Positions 18,485 to 28,325 of a stretch of 64,000 nucleotides of DNA are shown in pieces. The notes under the pieces were generated by a model. The model was not told the origin of the DNA and made no database searches. It saw only the letters and a list, made by a program, of their open reading frames with translations. Each line of letters begins with the position of its first letter. The first letter of the stretch is position 1. The DNA comes from Armatimonadota bacterium. Lineage in GTDB: Bacteria > Armatimonadota > Fimbriimonadia > Fimbriimonadales > GBS-DC. The stretch covers positions 32,001-96,000 of the forward strand of contig JBBIML010000012.1 in the NCBI GenBank assembly GCA_037444405.1. The letters are read 5' to 3'. A program made the position numbers and the translations under genes.

Positions 18485-18889
18485 ATGCCGTTGCACAGCA
18501 GGCACTGGTGGCGCATCGCGCTCTGGATGCTGATGGGCTGGCTGGGACTGGCACCGCTCAGCTGGCTGGCTGTGCATTCGTGCGACTGCTACCGACCTGC
18601 TCGCACCCACGCATGCTGTGCGTCATCCCCTGCAACGGGGCAGGCAGTCCCTGCGCCCCATCCGCGCAGCGATTGCCCGCATTGCCAGCTCTGTCAGGCA
18701 AGCCATCCGAACCCTGCCGTGCTGACGGGCGGGACGAATCTGCCGGACCAGAGCTTCACTCTACTGATGCCCCCGTTGCCGATGCAGGTGGTGGTACAAC
18801 CCACCCGCACCCCGCTTTATCACCCACCGATTCAACCCCTCATTCAGACCGCTTTCGAATGCTGGGCGCCGCGCGCCCCTCCTGTGTGA
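18485..18889 (+). CDS. DUF2946-like leader protein with Cys motifs and C-terminal RAPP arrest motif
   Basis: Hydrophobic N-terminal segment; HSCDC, HACC, DCPHCQLC; Pro-rich spacer; ends PRAPPV*; TATAAT 7 nt before the ATG. Confidence 0.75.
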   Translation: MPLHSRHWWRIALWMLMGWLGLAPLSWLAVHSCDCYRPARTHACCASSPATGQAVPAPHPRSDCPHCQLCQASHPNPAVLTGGTNLPDQSFTLLMPPLPMQVVVQPTRTPLYHPPIQPLIQTAFECWAPRAPPV

Positions 18890-18991
18890 GCATATAATCG
18901 CATCTGTCATCACCGCATCCTGCGGCGATGCGATTCGTTCACCTGAGTTTCACGCTCGTGAGACGAGCGCAGACAATCATCACACAGGAGG
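18878..18991 (+). promoter_or_regulatory. Anti-SD/SD long-range stem controlling the next gene
   Basis: CCTCCTGTGTGA (18878-18889) is the exact reverse complement of TCACACAGGAGG (18980-18991); two internal hairpins lie between them. Confidence 0.75.
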
Positions 18992-19000
18992 AGATGAGCC

Positions 19001-19555
19001 ATGCAAAAAGCGATCTATGGGGCGCTGCTGAGCGCCGGAATGGTGCTGGTTTTAACGGGTCTGATGACCGCTCAACCGAAGCAGGAGCTTCGCACCGTCG
19101 CTATCCGGGTTGGCGGGCTGCACTGCGAGGGCTGTGTGGAGCCTGTGGTGAAGGGGCTTCAGCAGGTGCGGGGCGTGCAGTCAGCCCAGCTCGATTTTAA
19201 GACGGCGACGGCGATTGTGCGCTACGACGAGGCGCAGGTTGCCCTCTCGCAGGTCGTGCTGGCGTTGCCCAAAATCCCGCACGCGATGGGACCCAGCTCC
19301 CGAATGCGCTATTCGGGTCAGCTCGCGCTGAACCTGCAGAAAGGTGACGCGCAGAAAGTCGCGCGGGCTTTGCAGAAGGTCGCCGGCGTGCAGAAGGTCA
19401 CGGTCAACAAAAATACCCTGCTGATTCAGTTCAAGCCGAACGCTTCGGTGCGCTATGCGCAGCTGGAGCAGGCACTGAAAAAGGCAGGGGGCACGCTGGC
19501 ACCCGTGCAGGCAGCTGGCGAGCAACACCAGCACAACCATGAGCATCATCATTAA
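19001..19555 (+). CDS. Exported heavy-metal-associated (HMA) domain protein with His-rich tail
   Basis: Signal peptide; GLHCEGC metal motif; second degenerate HMA-like fold; HQHNHEHHH end. Confidence 0.8.
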   Translation: MQKAIYGALLSAGMVLVLTGLMTAQPKQELRTVAIRVGGLHCEGCVEPVVKGLQQVRGVQSAQLDFKTATAIVRYDEAQVALSQVVLALPKIPHAMGPSSRMRYSGQLALNLQKGDAQKVARALQKVAGVQKVTVNKNTLLIQFKPNASVRYAQLEQALKKAGGTLAPVQAAGEQHQHNHEHHH

Positions 19556-19614
19556 AGCCAGAGCAGGGGCAGTGTCTTCACAGGGGGCACTGTCCCTGCT
19601 GGAGGGAATAAACA

Positions 19615-21726
19615 ATGGGGCACTCACACCCTCACCATCATCGGGTTCATACGCCAGCGCCGCTGCCTGACCATCGTGAGCATCGCGAGTCGGCTCATGA
19701 CCAGCATGCGGGGCACACCATCGCGATGTTCCGCAATCGCTTCATCGTCTGCTCCGTGCTGACCATTCCGATTCTCATCTGGAGCGAGAGCATTCAGCAG
19801 TGGCTGGGCTTTCGGGCGCCGCGCTTTACAGGCAGCGATGCCGTTGTGCCCCTGTTGAGTGCGGCGGTCTTTCTCTATGGTGGAACCCCCTTTTTGCAGG
19901 GCGCGGTGCGCGAATGGCGTGCCCGCATACCGGGCATGATGACGCTGATCGCGCTGGCAATCAGCGTGGCGTTCGGGTACAGCCTCGCCACCACGCTGGG
20001 GCTGCGGGGCATGCCCTTCTACTGGGAGCTGGCGACCCTGATCGATGTGATGTTGCTGGGACACTGGCTGGAGATGGCAGCAATCGGCAGGGCGTCGCAG
20101 GCGCTGGAGCATCTGGTCGCACTGTTGCCCCCGCAGGCGCATCTGCTGCGCGGGGAGCAGGTGGTGGATGTACCGCTGGAGGCGGTGCAGGTGGGCGACC
20201 GCGTGCTGGTGCGCACGGGCGAGCAGGTGCCCGTGGACGGTGTGGTGCTGGAGGGGGTTTCCAGCGTGAACGAGGCGTTTCTGACGGGCGAATCGCGCCC
20301 TGTGCCCAAACAGCCAGGCGATGAGGTCGTGGCTGGCTCCATCAATCTGGAGGGGCGGCTGATTGTGGAGGCGCGGCGCGTGGGCACCGCCACCACACTC
20401 CACCAGCTAATGCGACTGGTAGAAGAGGCGCAGCACACACGCAGTCGCTTCCAGGTGCTGGGCGATCGGCTCGCCTTCTGGCTCACCGTGGTCGCGCTGC
20501 TGATGGCAGCGGGAGCAGGCATCGCGTGGCATCTCAGCGGTGTCGACTGGCAGTTCACGCTCGCCCGCGCTGTTACCGTGCTGGTTATCGCCTGCCCGCA
20601 CGCGCTGGGGCTGGCAATCCCGCTCATTCTGGTTCAAGCAACGGGGCGCGCCGCCCGCAACGGCATTCTGATTCGCAATCGTGAAGCCATCGAGCGCGCC
20701 CGCACCATTCAGGTGGTCGCGTTCGATAAGACGGGCACGCTCACGGAAGGGCGGTTCGCTGTTACGGGCATCTGGGTTGCAGGGATGGAAGAAACGACTG
20801 CCCTGCAAATCGCAGCGACGCTGGAGCAAAACACGAGCCATCCGCTGGCGCAGGCTCTGCTCGAAGCAGCCCAGGAGCGCGGCATCCTGCCCAGCAGGCT
20901 GGACGAGTTCCAAACCGCGCCCGGCAAGGGTGTGGAAGGGCGTATTGACGGTGCGCTTTACCGACTGGGACGCCCCGAATGGCTCGCGGAACTCGGCATT
21001 GAACAAACGCCAGCCCTTCAGACAGCTCTGGCACATGCCGAACAGCACGGCGAAACAACCATCGTGCTGTTCAACACGAACGGGGCGCAGGCAGCGTTCA
21101 CGCTCGCGGACCGCGTTCGCTCGGGTGCAAAAGAGGTTGTTGCGGCGCTCCATGCGATGGGCATTCAGGTCGTGATGATCACAGGCGACGCCGAAGCAGT
21201 GGCACGCACTGTCGCCGAGCAACTTCAGGTCGATACTTACTACGCACGGGTGCTGCCCGATCAGAAGGCGAACATTGTGCGCCAGATTCGCGAGGGGGGT
21301 CAGCGGGTTGCCTTTGTGGGCGATGGCATCAACGATGCACCTGCCCTGCTCGCCGCCGATATCGGCTTCGCCATCGGTGCGGGCACGAATGTCGCTATCG
21401 AATCCGCTGATGTGGTGCTGGTTGAGAACGACCCGCGCGATGTGGTCTTCTTCCTGCGACTGGCACGACTGGGCTACACCAAAATGGTGCAGAACCTGTT
21501 CTGGGCAACGGGCTACAACCTGATTGCCCTGCCCCTGGCGGCGGGTGTGGCGGCGCGCTGGGGGCTACTGCTCTCACCCGCAGTGGGCGCACTGCTGATG
21601 AGCCTGTCGACGGTGATTGTCGCGATAAACGCGCTCCTGCTCCGCCGCGCAAGGCTCGATAACGGCGAAGCCACTCCACATCAGCATAGCCATACAACTC
21701 ACGCTACAGGAGGGAAACAGCTATGA
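19615..21726 (+). CDS. P1B-type heavy-metal ATPase, CopB-like (copper)
   Basis: His-rich N-terminus; TGES, CPHALGLA, DKTGTLT, HP, GDGINDAPAL, YN and MSLST motifs. Confidence 0.92.
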   Translation: MGHSHPHHHRVHTPAPLPDHREHRESAHDQHAGHTIAMFRNRFIVCSVLTIPILIWSESIQQWLGFRAPRFTGSDAVVPLLSAAVFLYGGTPFLQGAVREWRARIPGMMTLIALAISVAFGYSLATTLGLRGMPFYWELATLIDVMLLGHWLEMAAIGRASQALEHLVALLPPQAHLLRGEQVVDVPLEAVQVGDRVLVRTGEQVPVDGVVLEGVSSVNEAFLTGESRPVPKQPGDEVVAGSINLEGRLIVEARRVGTATTLHQLMRLVEEAQHTRSRFQVLGDRLAFWLTVVALLMAAGAGIAWHLSGVDWQFTLARAVTVLVIACPHALGLAIPLILVQATGRAARNGILIRNREAIERARTIQVVAFDKTGTLTEGRFAVTGIWVAGMEETTALQIAATLEQNTSHPLAQALLEAAQERGILPSRLDEFQTAPGKGVEGRIDGALYRLGRPEWLAELGIEQTPALQTALAHAEQHGETTIVLFNTNGAQAAFTLADRVRSGAKEVVAALHAMGIQVVMITGDAEAVARTVAEQLQVDTYYARVLPDQKANIVRQIREGGQRVAFVGDGINDAPALLAADIGFAIGAGTNVAIESADVVLVENDPRDVVFFLRLARLGYTKMVQNLFWATGYNLIALPLAAGVAARWGLLLSPAVGALLMSLSTVIVAINALLLRRARLDNGEATPHQHSHTTHATGGKQL

Positions 21727-23444
21727 AAAAATGGTTCCCGATTCTCAGCAGCCTTATTCTGCTGGCAGGACTCACATGGGGCACATGGTGGGTTGTGCAG
21801 ACAAAGCGCCCGCCGGGTGCGATGACCCCCTTGGAGGCGCAGGGGATGGATATGACGGTCATGAAACCCCCGCGCGGCGCGTTCCCTGTAAGCACGGAAG
21901 AGGTGCAACCGCGCCCGTTCCTGCCCTCCGTCGCCTATCCCGCCACCTTCCGCGCCTACAACGAGGAGGTTCTCCGCGCCCGCATCACGGGCAAATTGAT
22001 GGGGACCCGTGTCTATCCCGGCGACCGCGTGCAACCGGGTCAGTTGCTGGCGCTGATTGAGCCAGAGGAGTATCAGGCGCTGGCACAGGGCGCTGAAGGT
22101 GGGCTGCAGATGGCACTGGCAGAGCAGAGGGAAGCCCTCTCGATGGTGCAGGAAGCCAACGCGGCGCTTCAGGCGGCGAAAGCGCGCTTCCAGCAAGCAC
22201 AGGCGGAAGTGGACGAAGCCCAGCAGATGCTCCGCGCCGCCGGCGCCGAGTTGCGAACGGCTCAGGCGCAACTGGAACAGATGGAAACCGAGATTCGGGC
22301 GGCGCGCGCAGAAGTGGAGTTCTGGCAGGCGGAATCGGAGCGCCAGAACGCCCTGTTGCAGAAAGGCTTCGTGTCGAAACGCGACGCCCAGGCAGCGGAG
22401 ACACGCCTCAAGCAAGCGCGTGAGAGCCTGCAGGCAGCACAGGCAGCCTACCGTTCGCAACAGTCGCGGGTTGAGCAGTTGCAGGCGAATCGCGAGGCGA
22501 TGCGCGCCCGTGTGCAACGCGCCCAATCAGCACTCGATGCCGCTGAGCGTGAAGTTCAATCCGCAACGGCTCGCCAGCAAGCCGCCCAGGCGCGGCTCCA
22601 GCGCGCGCAAGCACAAATCCAAGCCGAGCAGGGCAAAACCCGCGCCGCTCAGCTGCAGGTTGCCTACACCCGCATCGTTGCGCTCAACCCGGGCGTCATC
22701 ACCGAACGCCTCACTGAGCCGGGCACCCTGGTTCAACCCGGCACGCCCATCTTCCGTCTGCAGAACACTACCCGGATTCGGGTTCAGGCGAAGGTCGCCG
22801 AACAGGACGCCGCCCGAATCCGCGTTGGATACCCCGTCTGGATTCGGCGCTACGCCGAGCCGAACCGTGTCTACACGGCGCGCGTGAGCGCCATCTTCCG
22901 CGAAGCGGAACCGAACACCCGCACAATGATTGTGGAAGCCATCCTGCCCAACCCCGACGGGCGCCTCAGCGTGGGTGAATACGCCGAAATGCGGATCGGG
23001 CTGCGTGGCGATTCCCGTCGCGCGCTCACCGTGCCCCAGCGCGCTATCCAGCACGACGAACATCAGCGCCCCTATGTGTGGGTGGTGGAAAAAGTGCATC
23101 GCCACACCAATCAGCCCACCACCTACTACTGCACGATGCACCCGCAGATAGAGCGAAACGAACCCGGAATCTGCCCCATCTGCAAGATGGAGCTGGTTCC
23201 CAAAGAGCAACCTGCCGACTATATCGCACGCCGACGCTATGTGAAAGTGGGACTCTCCGACGGCGAGCGCACCGAGATTCTGGACGGACTCAAGGCGGGC
23301 GACCAGGTGATTGTGTTTGGCTATGCGAGCCTGGTAGAGGGCGATCCCGTGTTCCCCACCGAATGGACCGCACGGGGACCCCGCCAGATTAACCCGCCCC
23401 AGTTCCAGCCATCTACCCCTTCACACGGAGGGCATGGACATTGA
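21723..23444 (+). CDS. RND efflux periplasmic adaptor with heavy-metal-binding domain
   Basis: Membrane anchor, long coiled coil, barrel-sandwich motifs, YYCTMHPQI...PGICPICKMELVP. Confidence 0.88.
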   Translation: MKKWFPILSSLILLAGLTWGTWWVVQTKRPPGAMTPLEAQGMDMTVMKPPRGAFPVSTEEVQPRPFLPSVAYPATFRAYNEEVLRARITGKLMGTRVYPGDRVQPGQLLALIEPEEYQALAQGAEGGLQMALAEQREALSMVQEANAALQAAKARFQQAQAEVDEAQQMLRAAGAELRTAQAQLEQMETEIRAARAEVEFWQAESERQNALLQKGFVSKRDAQAAETRLKQARESLQAAQAAYRSQQSRVEQLQANREAMRARVQRAQSALDAAEREVQSATARQQAAQARLQRAQAQIQAEQGKTRAAQLQVAYTRIVALNPGVITERLTEPGTLVQPGTPIFRLQNTTRIRVQAKVAEQDAARIRVGYPVWIRRYAEPNRVYTARVSAIFREAEPNTRTMIVEAILPNPDGRLSVGEYAEMRIGLRGDSRRALTVPQRAIQHDEHQRPYVWVVEKVHRHTNQPTTYYCTMHPQIERNEPGICPICKMELVPKEQPADYIARRRYVKVGLSDGERTEILDGLKAGDQVIVFGYASLVEGDPVFPTEWTARGPRQINPPQFQPSTPSHGGHGH

Positions 23445-23470
23445 GAGGACACAATCGCTCTACGGGGAGC

Positions 23471-23908
23471 CTATTGCGTGTCGAGCTGGTTCAGAAACTG
23501 CTGCACGCTCACGACCTGAATGCCGAACTCTGCCATTTTCTGAATCAGCTCGAGGTCGCGCTTGAGATCGTCATCGCGCGTAACAAGGTACTCCGCGCCA
23601 CCCTTGATGGCGGTCTCCAGAAACATGTTATCGTGCGGGTCGCGGCAGAGGTTTATTTCGCCTTGAATTTCCACCCACACGGCTCGCGCTTTGAGCAGGT
23701 TCATCAGTTCTTGCACAAGGTCTGGATGATAAGACATTCTTCGCATCAATCGTGGGCGCATCAGAACCTGCCAAAGTTCGTCCAGAAGCGGCTGGCTCAC
23801 CACCACGAGGAACTGCGCTTTCCGAAAGGCTTCCATAACCAGAGCGGGCGCGCCGTGAGGGTTCAGTACCGCCGATACCCAGACATTCGTATCGATCACG
23901 GCACGCAT
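23471..23908 (-). CDS. PIN-domain putative toxin
   Basis: MRAVIDTNVWVSA, CRDPHDNMFLETA, LVTRDDDL. Confidence 0.88.
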   Translation of the reverse strand: MRAVIDTNVWVSAVLNPHGAPALVMEAFRKAQFLVVVSQPLLDELWQVLMRPRLMRRMSYHPDLVQELMNLLKARAVWVEIQGEINLCRDPHDNMFLETAIKGGAEYLVTRDDDLKRDLELIQKMAEFGIQVVSVQQFLNQLDTQ

Positions 23909-24156
23909 CGCTGGCGATATTCTTCGTACGCCGCGGTAATCTCGGCTTCGATGTCTTCGGGAGGCTGGTACTGGGAAGCTCGACGGAACGCCTGGAGCAA
24001 CTGCTCCATGCGCTTCTGCCAGTCTTCCTCGGTAAGTTGCAGCCAGCGGCTAACGATCTCGCGAGCCAGCGCTTCAGGGCTGACCTGCCGACACTCTGCA
24101 AGGTACTGCAGGCGCTGCCAATCGGTCTCGCTCAAATCGATGTTCAAGGTTGCCAT
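23896..24156 (-). CDS. Putative antitoxin (ribbon-helix-helix-like)
   Basis: 86-aa acidic ORF directly upstream of and overlapping the PIN gene. Confidence 0.7.
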   Translation of the reverse strand: MATLNIDLSETDWQRLQYLAECRQVSPEALAREIVSRWLQLTEEDWQKRMEQLLQAFRRASQYQPPEDIEAEITAAYEEYRQRCVP

Positions 24157-24186
24157 CCCACCCCATTATACCACAGGAGGGCTGTC

Positions 24187-27100
24187 ATGAGTCAGCGCGG
24201 GTTCAATCTGATCGAGTGGAGTGTAAAGCATCCGTCGGCGGTGCTGGCGTTTTATACCGCTGTGATCGTGCTGGCAATCTGGGCGGTGGTCGCCTATCTA
24301 CCGCGCCGGATGATGCCCTACATCGAAAGCCCCCAGATCGGCATCGTGACGCGCATGCCCGGCTTGAGCGCCGAAGATATGGAGACCTACTACACCAAGC
24401 CCATCGAGCAGCGTATGACCGCGATCGCAGGCGTGCGCTACATCCGCAGCACAACCCAGGACGGCTACAGCATCGTGGTGCTGGAGTTCCCCTACGGCAC
24501 GGATATGCAGAAAAAACTTACCGAGGTTCAGGCGCTTATGACCATTACGCAGGACGATCTGCCGATGCAAGGCGCCAACGCCCAGCCCTCGTGGGTACTG
24601 CAGATTGACCCGCTGAACCTGCCCGTGCTGACCCTTGCCGTAACGGGCGACTCGCGCTGGACCCTCGCCCGCATGCGTGAAGTGCTGGAGAACGAGATTG
24701 CCGACCGCATCAAGCGCACCAGCGGTGACATCTACACCGTCTCGGTGTTCGGCGGCTACCGGCGCCAGATTCAGGTGATTGTGGACCGCAACAAACTCAC
24801 CGCCTACGGTCTTTCCATTCTGGATGTGCAACGCGCCGTCGATTCGTTCAACCTCGCCGCGCCTGCAGGACGACTCACAGCGGACGCCTACGAAGAGATT
24901 GTGCGTCTCGATACGCTCGCTCGCAACGCCCAGGAAGTGGCGAACTATCCCCTGAAAGCCGTCGGCGACCGTGTGGTATATATCCGCGATGTCGCCCGTG
25001 TGATTGATACCTACGACGAAAAACGCAGTGGCTACTTCCATCAGTGGCAACAGGGCGGCAAGTGGCAGGTGAATGAAGCCATCGCCGTCAATGTGCTACA
25101 GAACCCATGGGCAAGTTCCCCACGCGTGATTGAGGCGGTGATGAAGGAGCTCGAAGCCATCGAGCGCGACTACCCTGGCTTGAAGTTCCGTGTCGCCTAC
25201 AATAACGCCGAGTTTGTGGATGTCTTGTTGCGTAATCTCTGGGAAGAGCTGCTCGTGGCGGTACTGCTTGCAGGGCTGGTAGTGTGGCTCTTTCTGGGCG
25301 AATGGCGCATGACGCTGATTGCGCTCACGGCTATCCCGACCTCGATGGCGATGGCGATTCTCGCGCTGGTGCCGATGAACATGAGTCTCAACTCCAGCAC
25401 GCTGATCGGGCTGTTGTTCGGCATCGGGCGCCTGGTGGACGATGCGATTATTGACCTGCATGCGGTGCGCCGCCATATGCGCATGGGCAAAGACCCTGTG
25501 CAGGCAACCGTGGACGGCATCACGGAAGTGCGCCGCTCGGTGGCTGCCAGCACGCTGATGATAGTGATTGCGCTCACGCCCCTGCTATTTGCCGGGGGCA
25601 TCGTGGAGCAGATGTTCGTGGGGCTGGTGTGGCCGCTGATTTTCGGGCTGCTGGCGTCGTTTCTGGTCTCGATGACACTCACCGCGACGCTCGCGTCGCG
25701 CCTTCTGCATGGCATTTCCGATCAGCCGACGCGCATTGAGCGGTGGCTCATCCAACCGTTCCAGCGTGGGCTGGACAGGCTGGAGAACGGCTATACGCGT
25801 CTCATTCGCTGGCTCTTGCATCATCGGTTCGTAAATATGATGAGTATTCTGGCGACGCTGGCAGTGGGGTTCGGCTTCTATTACTTCATCGGCAGTGAGA
25901 TGATGCCGCTGGGTGATATTGGGCAAGCCTACCTGCGTCTGGAGATGCAGCCGGGCACTTCTTACGCCGCGACGGAACGCGCCGTGCGCCAGCTCCAGCA
26001 AATTATCCAGAAGTATCCTGAAATTCGCCATGTGTCGTGGGAGGTGGGCGCGGAGGGCGGTCCGGGCTACTACGAGGGCGCCTACTTCACAGGCTACGCC
26101 TCCATGCGCGAGAACACCGCGACCGCCATGATAACCCTCACCTCCAAAGACGAGCGCAGGCGCGACATCTGGCAGATTATCGACGCGATTCAGGCAGAGG
26201 CAACCGCCACCATCCCTGGTATCCGCCTGCTCCAGATTAAGGAGATGGGCGTGGATGTGATGGCGACCGCTGCCGCGCCCATCCAGATTCTCGTCTACGG
26301 ACCCGATTTTGAGCTGACCAGCCGCCTGGCAGAAGAGAGCCTGCGGATTGCGAAGGCGCAGGTCCCCGACCTGTTCCAGCCCGGCACCTCGTGGACGATG
26401 AATCGCCCCCTCTGGCGGTTGCGCATCGACCTGACCAAAGCGGCGCAGATGGGTTTCACACCCGAAGAGATTGCCCGTCAGGCGTTCTACGCGCTTAAAG
26501 GGGGCTATACTCAGCAGTTCTATCGCTTCCCGGAGCATGCGGACCGCCGCCAGACGACTATCCTCATCCGCTACGAAGAGTCGCAGCGCCTGCACCCTGC
26601 TGATCTGGAACAGTTGATGCTGGTGAACGCGCGCGGGGAGAGCGTGCCGCTGAAGGCGGTGGCGCGGGTGGAGTATACAGTTACGCCGACACTGATTGAG
26701 CGCGATGGGCTACGCCGCGTGGTCAGCCTGATGGGCTATTACCGCAAGGGCGACTATCAGCCACCGCGCCTTGATACAGATGGCGACGGTCAGGCGGATA
26801 CGGCTTTGTTTGACCTCCCGCATCCGCCACGCCCGTCGATGGATGTGGCGATGGATGTGATGATGAAAGCGATGGCGCAGGTCAATTGGCCCCCGCGCGA
26901 ATACGGCATGGAAGTACGCGGCGATATGACCCAGATGATGGATTCATTCCGGCGGATGATGATGGGCTTTCTGGTGGCGCTGCTGCTGATGTATCTAGTG
27001 CTGGTGGCGCAGTTTGGGGGCTTTTTGCAGCCGTTGCAGATGATTTTCAGCCTGCCGCTGGAACTGTCGGGCGTGTTTATCTTTCTGTGGCTGATGAAGC

Positions 27101-27501
27101 AAGCGTTCAGCACGGTGTCGTTGCTTGGCATTATCGTGCTGACGGGAATGGACATCACCGCCGCGATATTGATGATTGACCTGATTCTGGTGTTGCGGGC
27201 GCAGGGCATACCGCGCGATGAGGCGGTGGTGCAGGGTTGTGTGGACCGCTTACGCCCCATTCTGATGACGGTCATGGTCACCATCGCTGCGCTGGCGCCC
27301 GTCGCTTTCTTCCCGAAGATGGGCACCGACGCCTACCAGCCGCTGGCGACTGCGGTGATCGGCGGGCTGCTGATGGGCACAGTGCTGACCCTTATCGATA
27401 TCCCGATTATGCACACGCTGGTGGATGACCTGCTGCGCTGGCTGCGACGCGAGCGTCCCGAACCAGCCATCGGTTTACAAAATCCGCATGATGGGGTATA
27501 A
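24187..27501 (+). CDS. RND efflux permease (AcrB/CzcA family)
   Basis: About 1100 aa, PGLSAEDME, LVDDAII, RLRPILMT, QPLATAVIGGL; start ATG 24187 after AGGAGG. Confidence 0.92.
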   Translation: MSQRGFNLIEWSVKHPSAVLAFYTAVIVLAIWAVVAYLPRRMMPYIESPQIGIVTRMPGLSAEDMETYYTKPIEQRMTAIAGVRYIRSTTQDGYSIVVLEFPYGTDMQKKLTEVQALMTITQDDLPMQGANAQPSWVLQIDPLNLPVLTLAVTGDSRWTLARMREVLENEIADRIKRTSGDIYTVSVFGGYRRQIQVIVDRNKLTAYGLSILDVQRAVDSFNLAAPAGRLTADAYEEIVRLDTLARNAQEVANYPLKAVGDRVVYIRDVARVIDTYDEKRSGYFHQWQQGGKWQVNEAIAVNVLQNPWASSPRVIEAVMKELEAIERDYPGLKFRVAYNNAEFVDVLLRNLWEELLVAVLLAGLVVWLFLGEWRMTLIALTAIPTSMAMAILALVPMNMSLNSSTLIGLLFGIGRLVDDAIIDLHAVRRHMRMGKDPVQATVDGITEVRRSVAASTLMIVIALTPLLFAGGIVEQMFVGLVWPLIFGLLASFLVSMTLTATLASRLLHGISDQPTRIERWLIQPFQRGLDRLENGYTRLIRWLLHHRFVNMMSILATLAVGFGFYYFIGSEMMPLGDIGQAYLRLEMQPGTSYAATERAVRQLQQIIQKYPEIRHVSWEVGAEGGPGYYEGAYFTGYASMRENTATAMITLTSKDERRRDIWQIIDAIQAEATATIPGIRLLQIKEMGVDVMATAAAPIQILVYGPDFELTSRLAEESLRIAKAQVPDLFQPGTSWTMNRPLWRLRIDLTKAAQMGFTPEEIARQAFYALKGGYTQQFYRFPEHADRRQTTILIRYEESQRLHPADLEQLMLVNARGESVPLKAVARVEYTVTPTLIERDGLRRVVSLMGYYRKGDYQPPRLDTDGDGQADTALFDLPHPPRPSMDVAMDVMMKAMAQVNWPPREYGMEVRGDMTQMMDSFRRMMMGFLVALLLMYLVLVAQFGGFLQPLQMIFSLPLELSGVFIFLWLMKQAFSTVSLLGIIVLTGMDITAAILMIDLILVLRAQGIPRDEAVVQGCVDRLRPILMTVMVTIAALAPVAFFPKMGTDAYQPLATAVIGGLLMGTVLTLIDIPIMHTLVDDLLRWLRRERPEPAIGLQNPHDGV

Positions 27502-27510
27502 TCCGCACAG

Positions 27511-28317
27511 ATGCGCGGCGTGATCGAACCCAACCACATCTATCTGATGGACTGTCGTGAGGGCATGCGCCTGATGCCCGATGAGTGGGTAGATTTGATT
27601 GTTACGGACCCTCCCTTCGCCATAGATTTCCACGCCCGACGCGCCAACTACAATCGCACCCCAGAGCGCGTGCTGGAGGGCTACAACGAAATCCCTGCCG
27701 AAGAGTATTACGAGTTCACGCTCTCATGGATGCGCGAGGCATACCGTGTGTTGAAGCGTTCGGGCAGTATGTATGTGTTTTCGGGGTGGAACAACCTGCG
27801 CGATATCCTGAATGCGCTCGACGCGGTCGGTTTCGAGGTGGTGAATCACATCATCTGGAAGTATCAGTTCGGCGTCTACACGAAGCGGCGCTTTGTAACC
27901 TCGCATTATCACTGCCTGTATGTGTGTAAAGACGATGCGCTCCGCCGCTTTTACCCCGATGCGCGGTTTCCTGCGAGCGTTCGCGACGCCGCTGGGCGCA
28001 GCCAACGCTATGCCGATATGGAAGATGTGTGGATTATCCCCCGCGAATACTGGAACGGGGATGTCAAAACGCCCACCAAGTTGCCCGCCGCGCTGGTAGA
28101 GAAGATTCTGCAATACTCTTCGGTGGAAGGCGACCTCGTGCTGGACCCGTTTCTGGGTTCGGGGCAGGTGGCTGTGATTGCGAAGCAGATGGGACGGCGC
28201 TACCTGGGCTTTGAGATTGTGCCTGAATATTATCAGTTTGCGCTACGGCGGCTTGAAGAGGGTGTTTATCGAATCAAGGCTATCAAGGAAGAGAAAGAAG
28301 TAAATCTTTCTCTGTAA
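27511..28317 (+). CDS. Site-specific DNA amino-methyltransferase (N6-A/N4-C, beta-class motif order)
   Basis: Catalytic DPPF precedes SAM-binding LDPFLGSG; PTKLP and GFEI motifs. Confidence 0.88.
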   Translation: MRGVIEPNHIYLMDCREGMRLMPDEWVDLIVTDPPFAIDFHARRANYNRTPERVLEGYNEIPAEEYYEFTLSWMREAYRVLKRSGSMYVFSGWNNLRDILNALDAVGFEVVNHIIWKYQFGVYTKRRFVTSHYHCLYVCKDDALRRFYPDARFPASVRDAAGRSQRYADMEDVWIIPREYWNGDVKTPTKLPAALVEKILQYSSVEGDLVLDPFLGSGQVAVIAKQMGRRYLGFEIVPEYYQFALRRLEEGVYRIKAIKEEKEVNLSL

Positions 28318-28325
28318 AAAAAGCC

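Noticed and set aside
23441..24190. 249-aa plus-strand ORF bridging the RND adaptor and pump
   Set aside because: It is antisense to a clear PIN toxin/antitoxin pair and does not resemble an outer-membrane factor.
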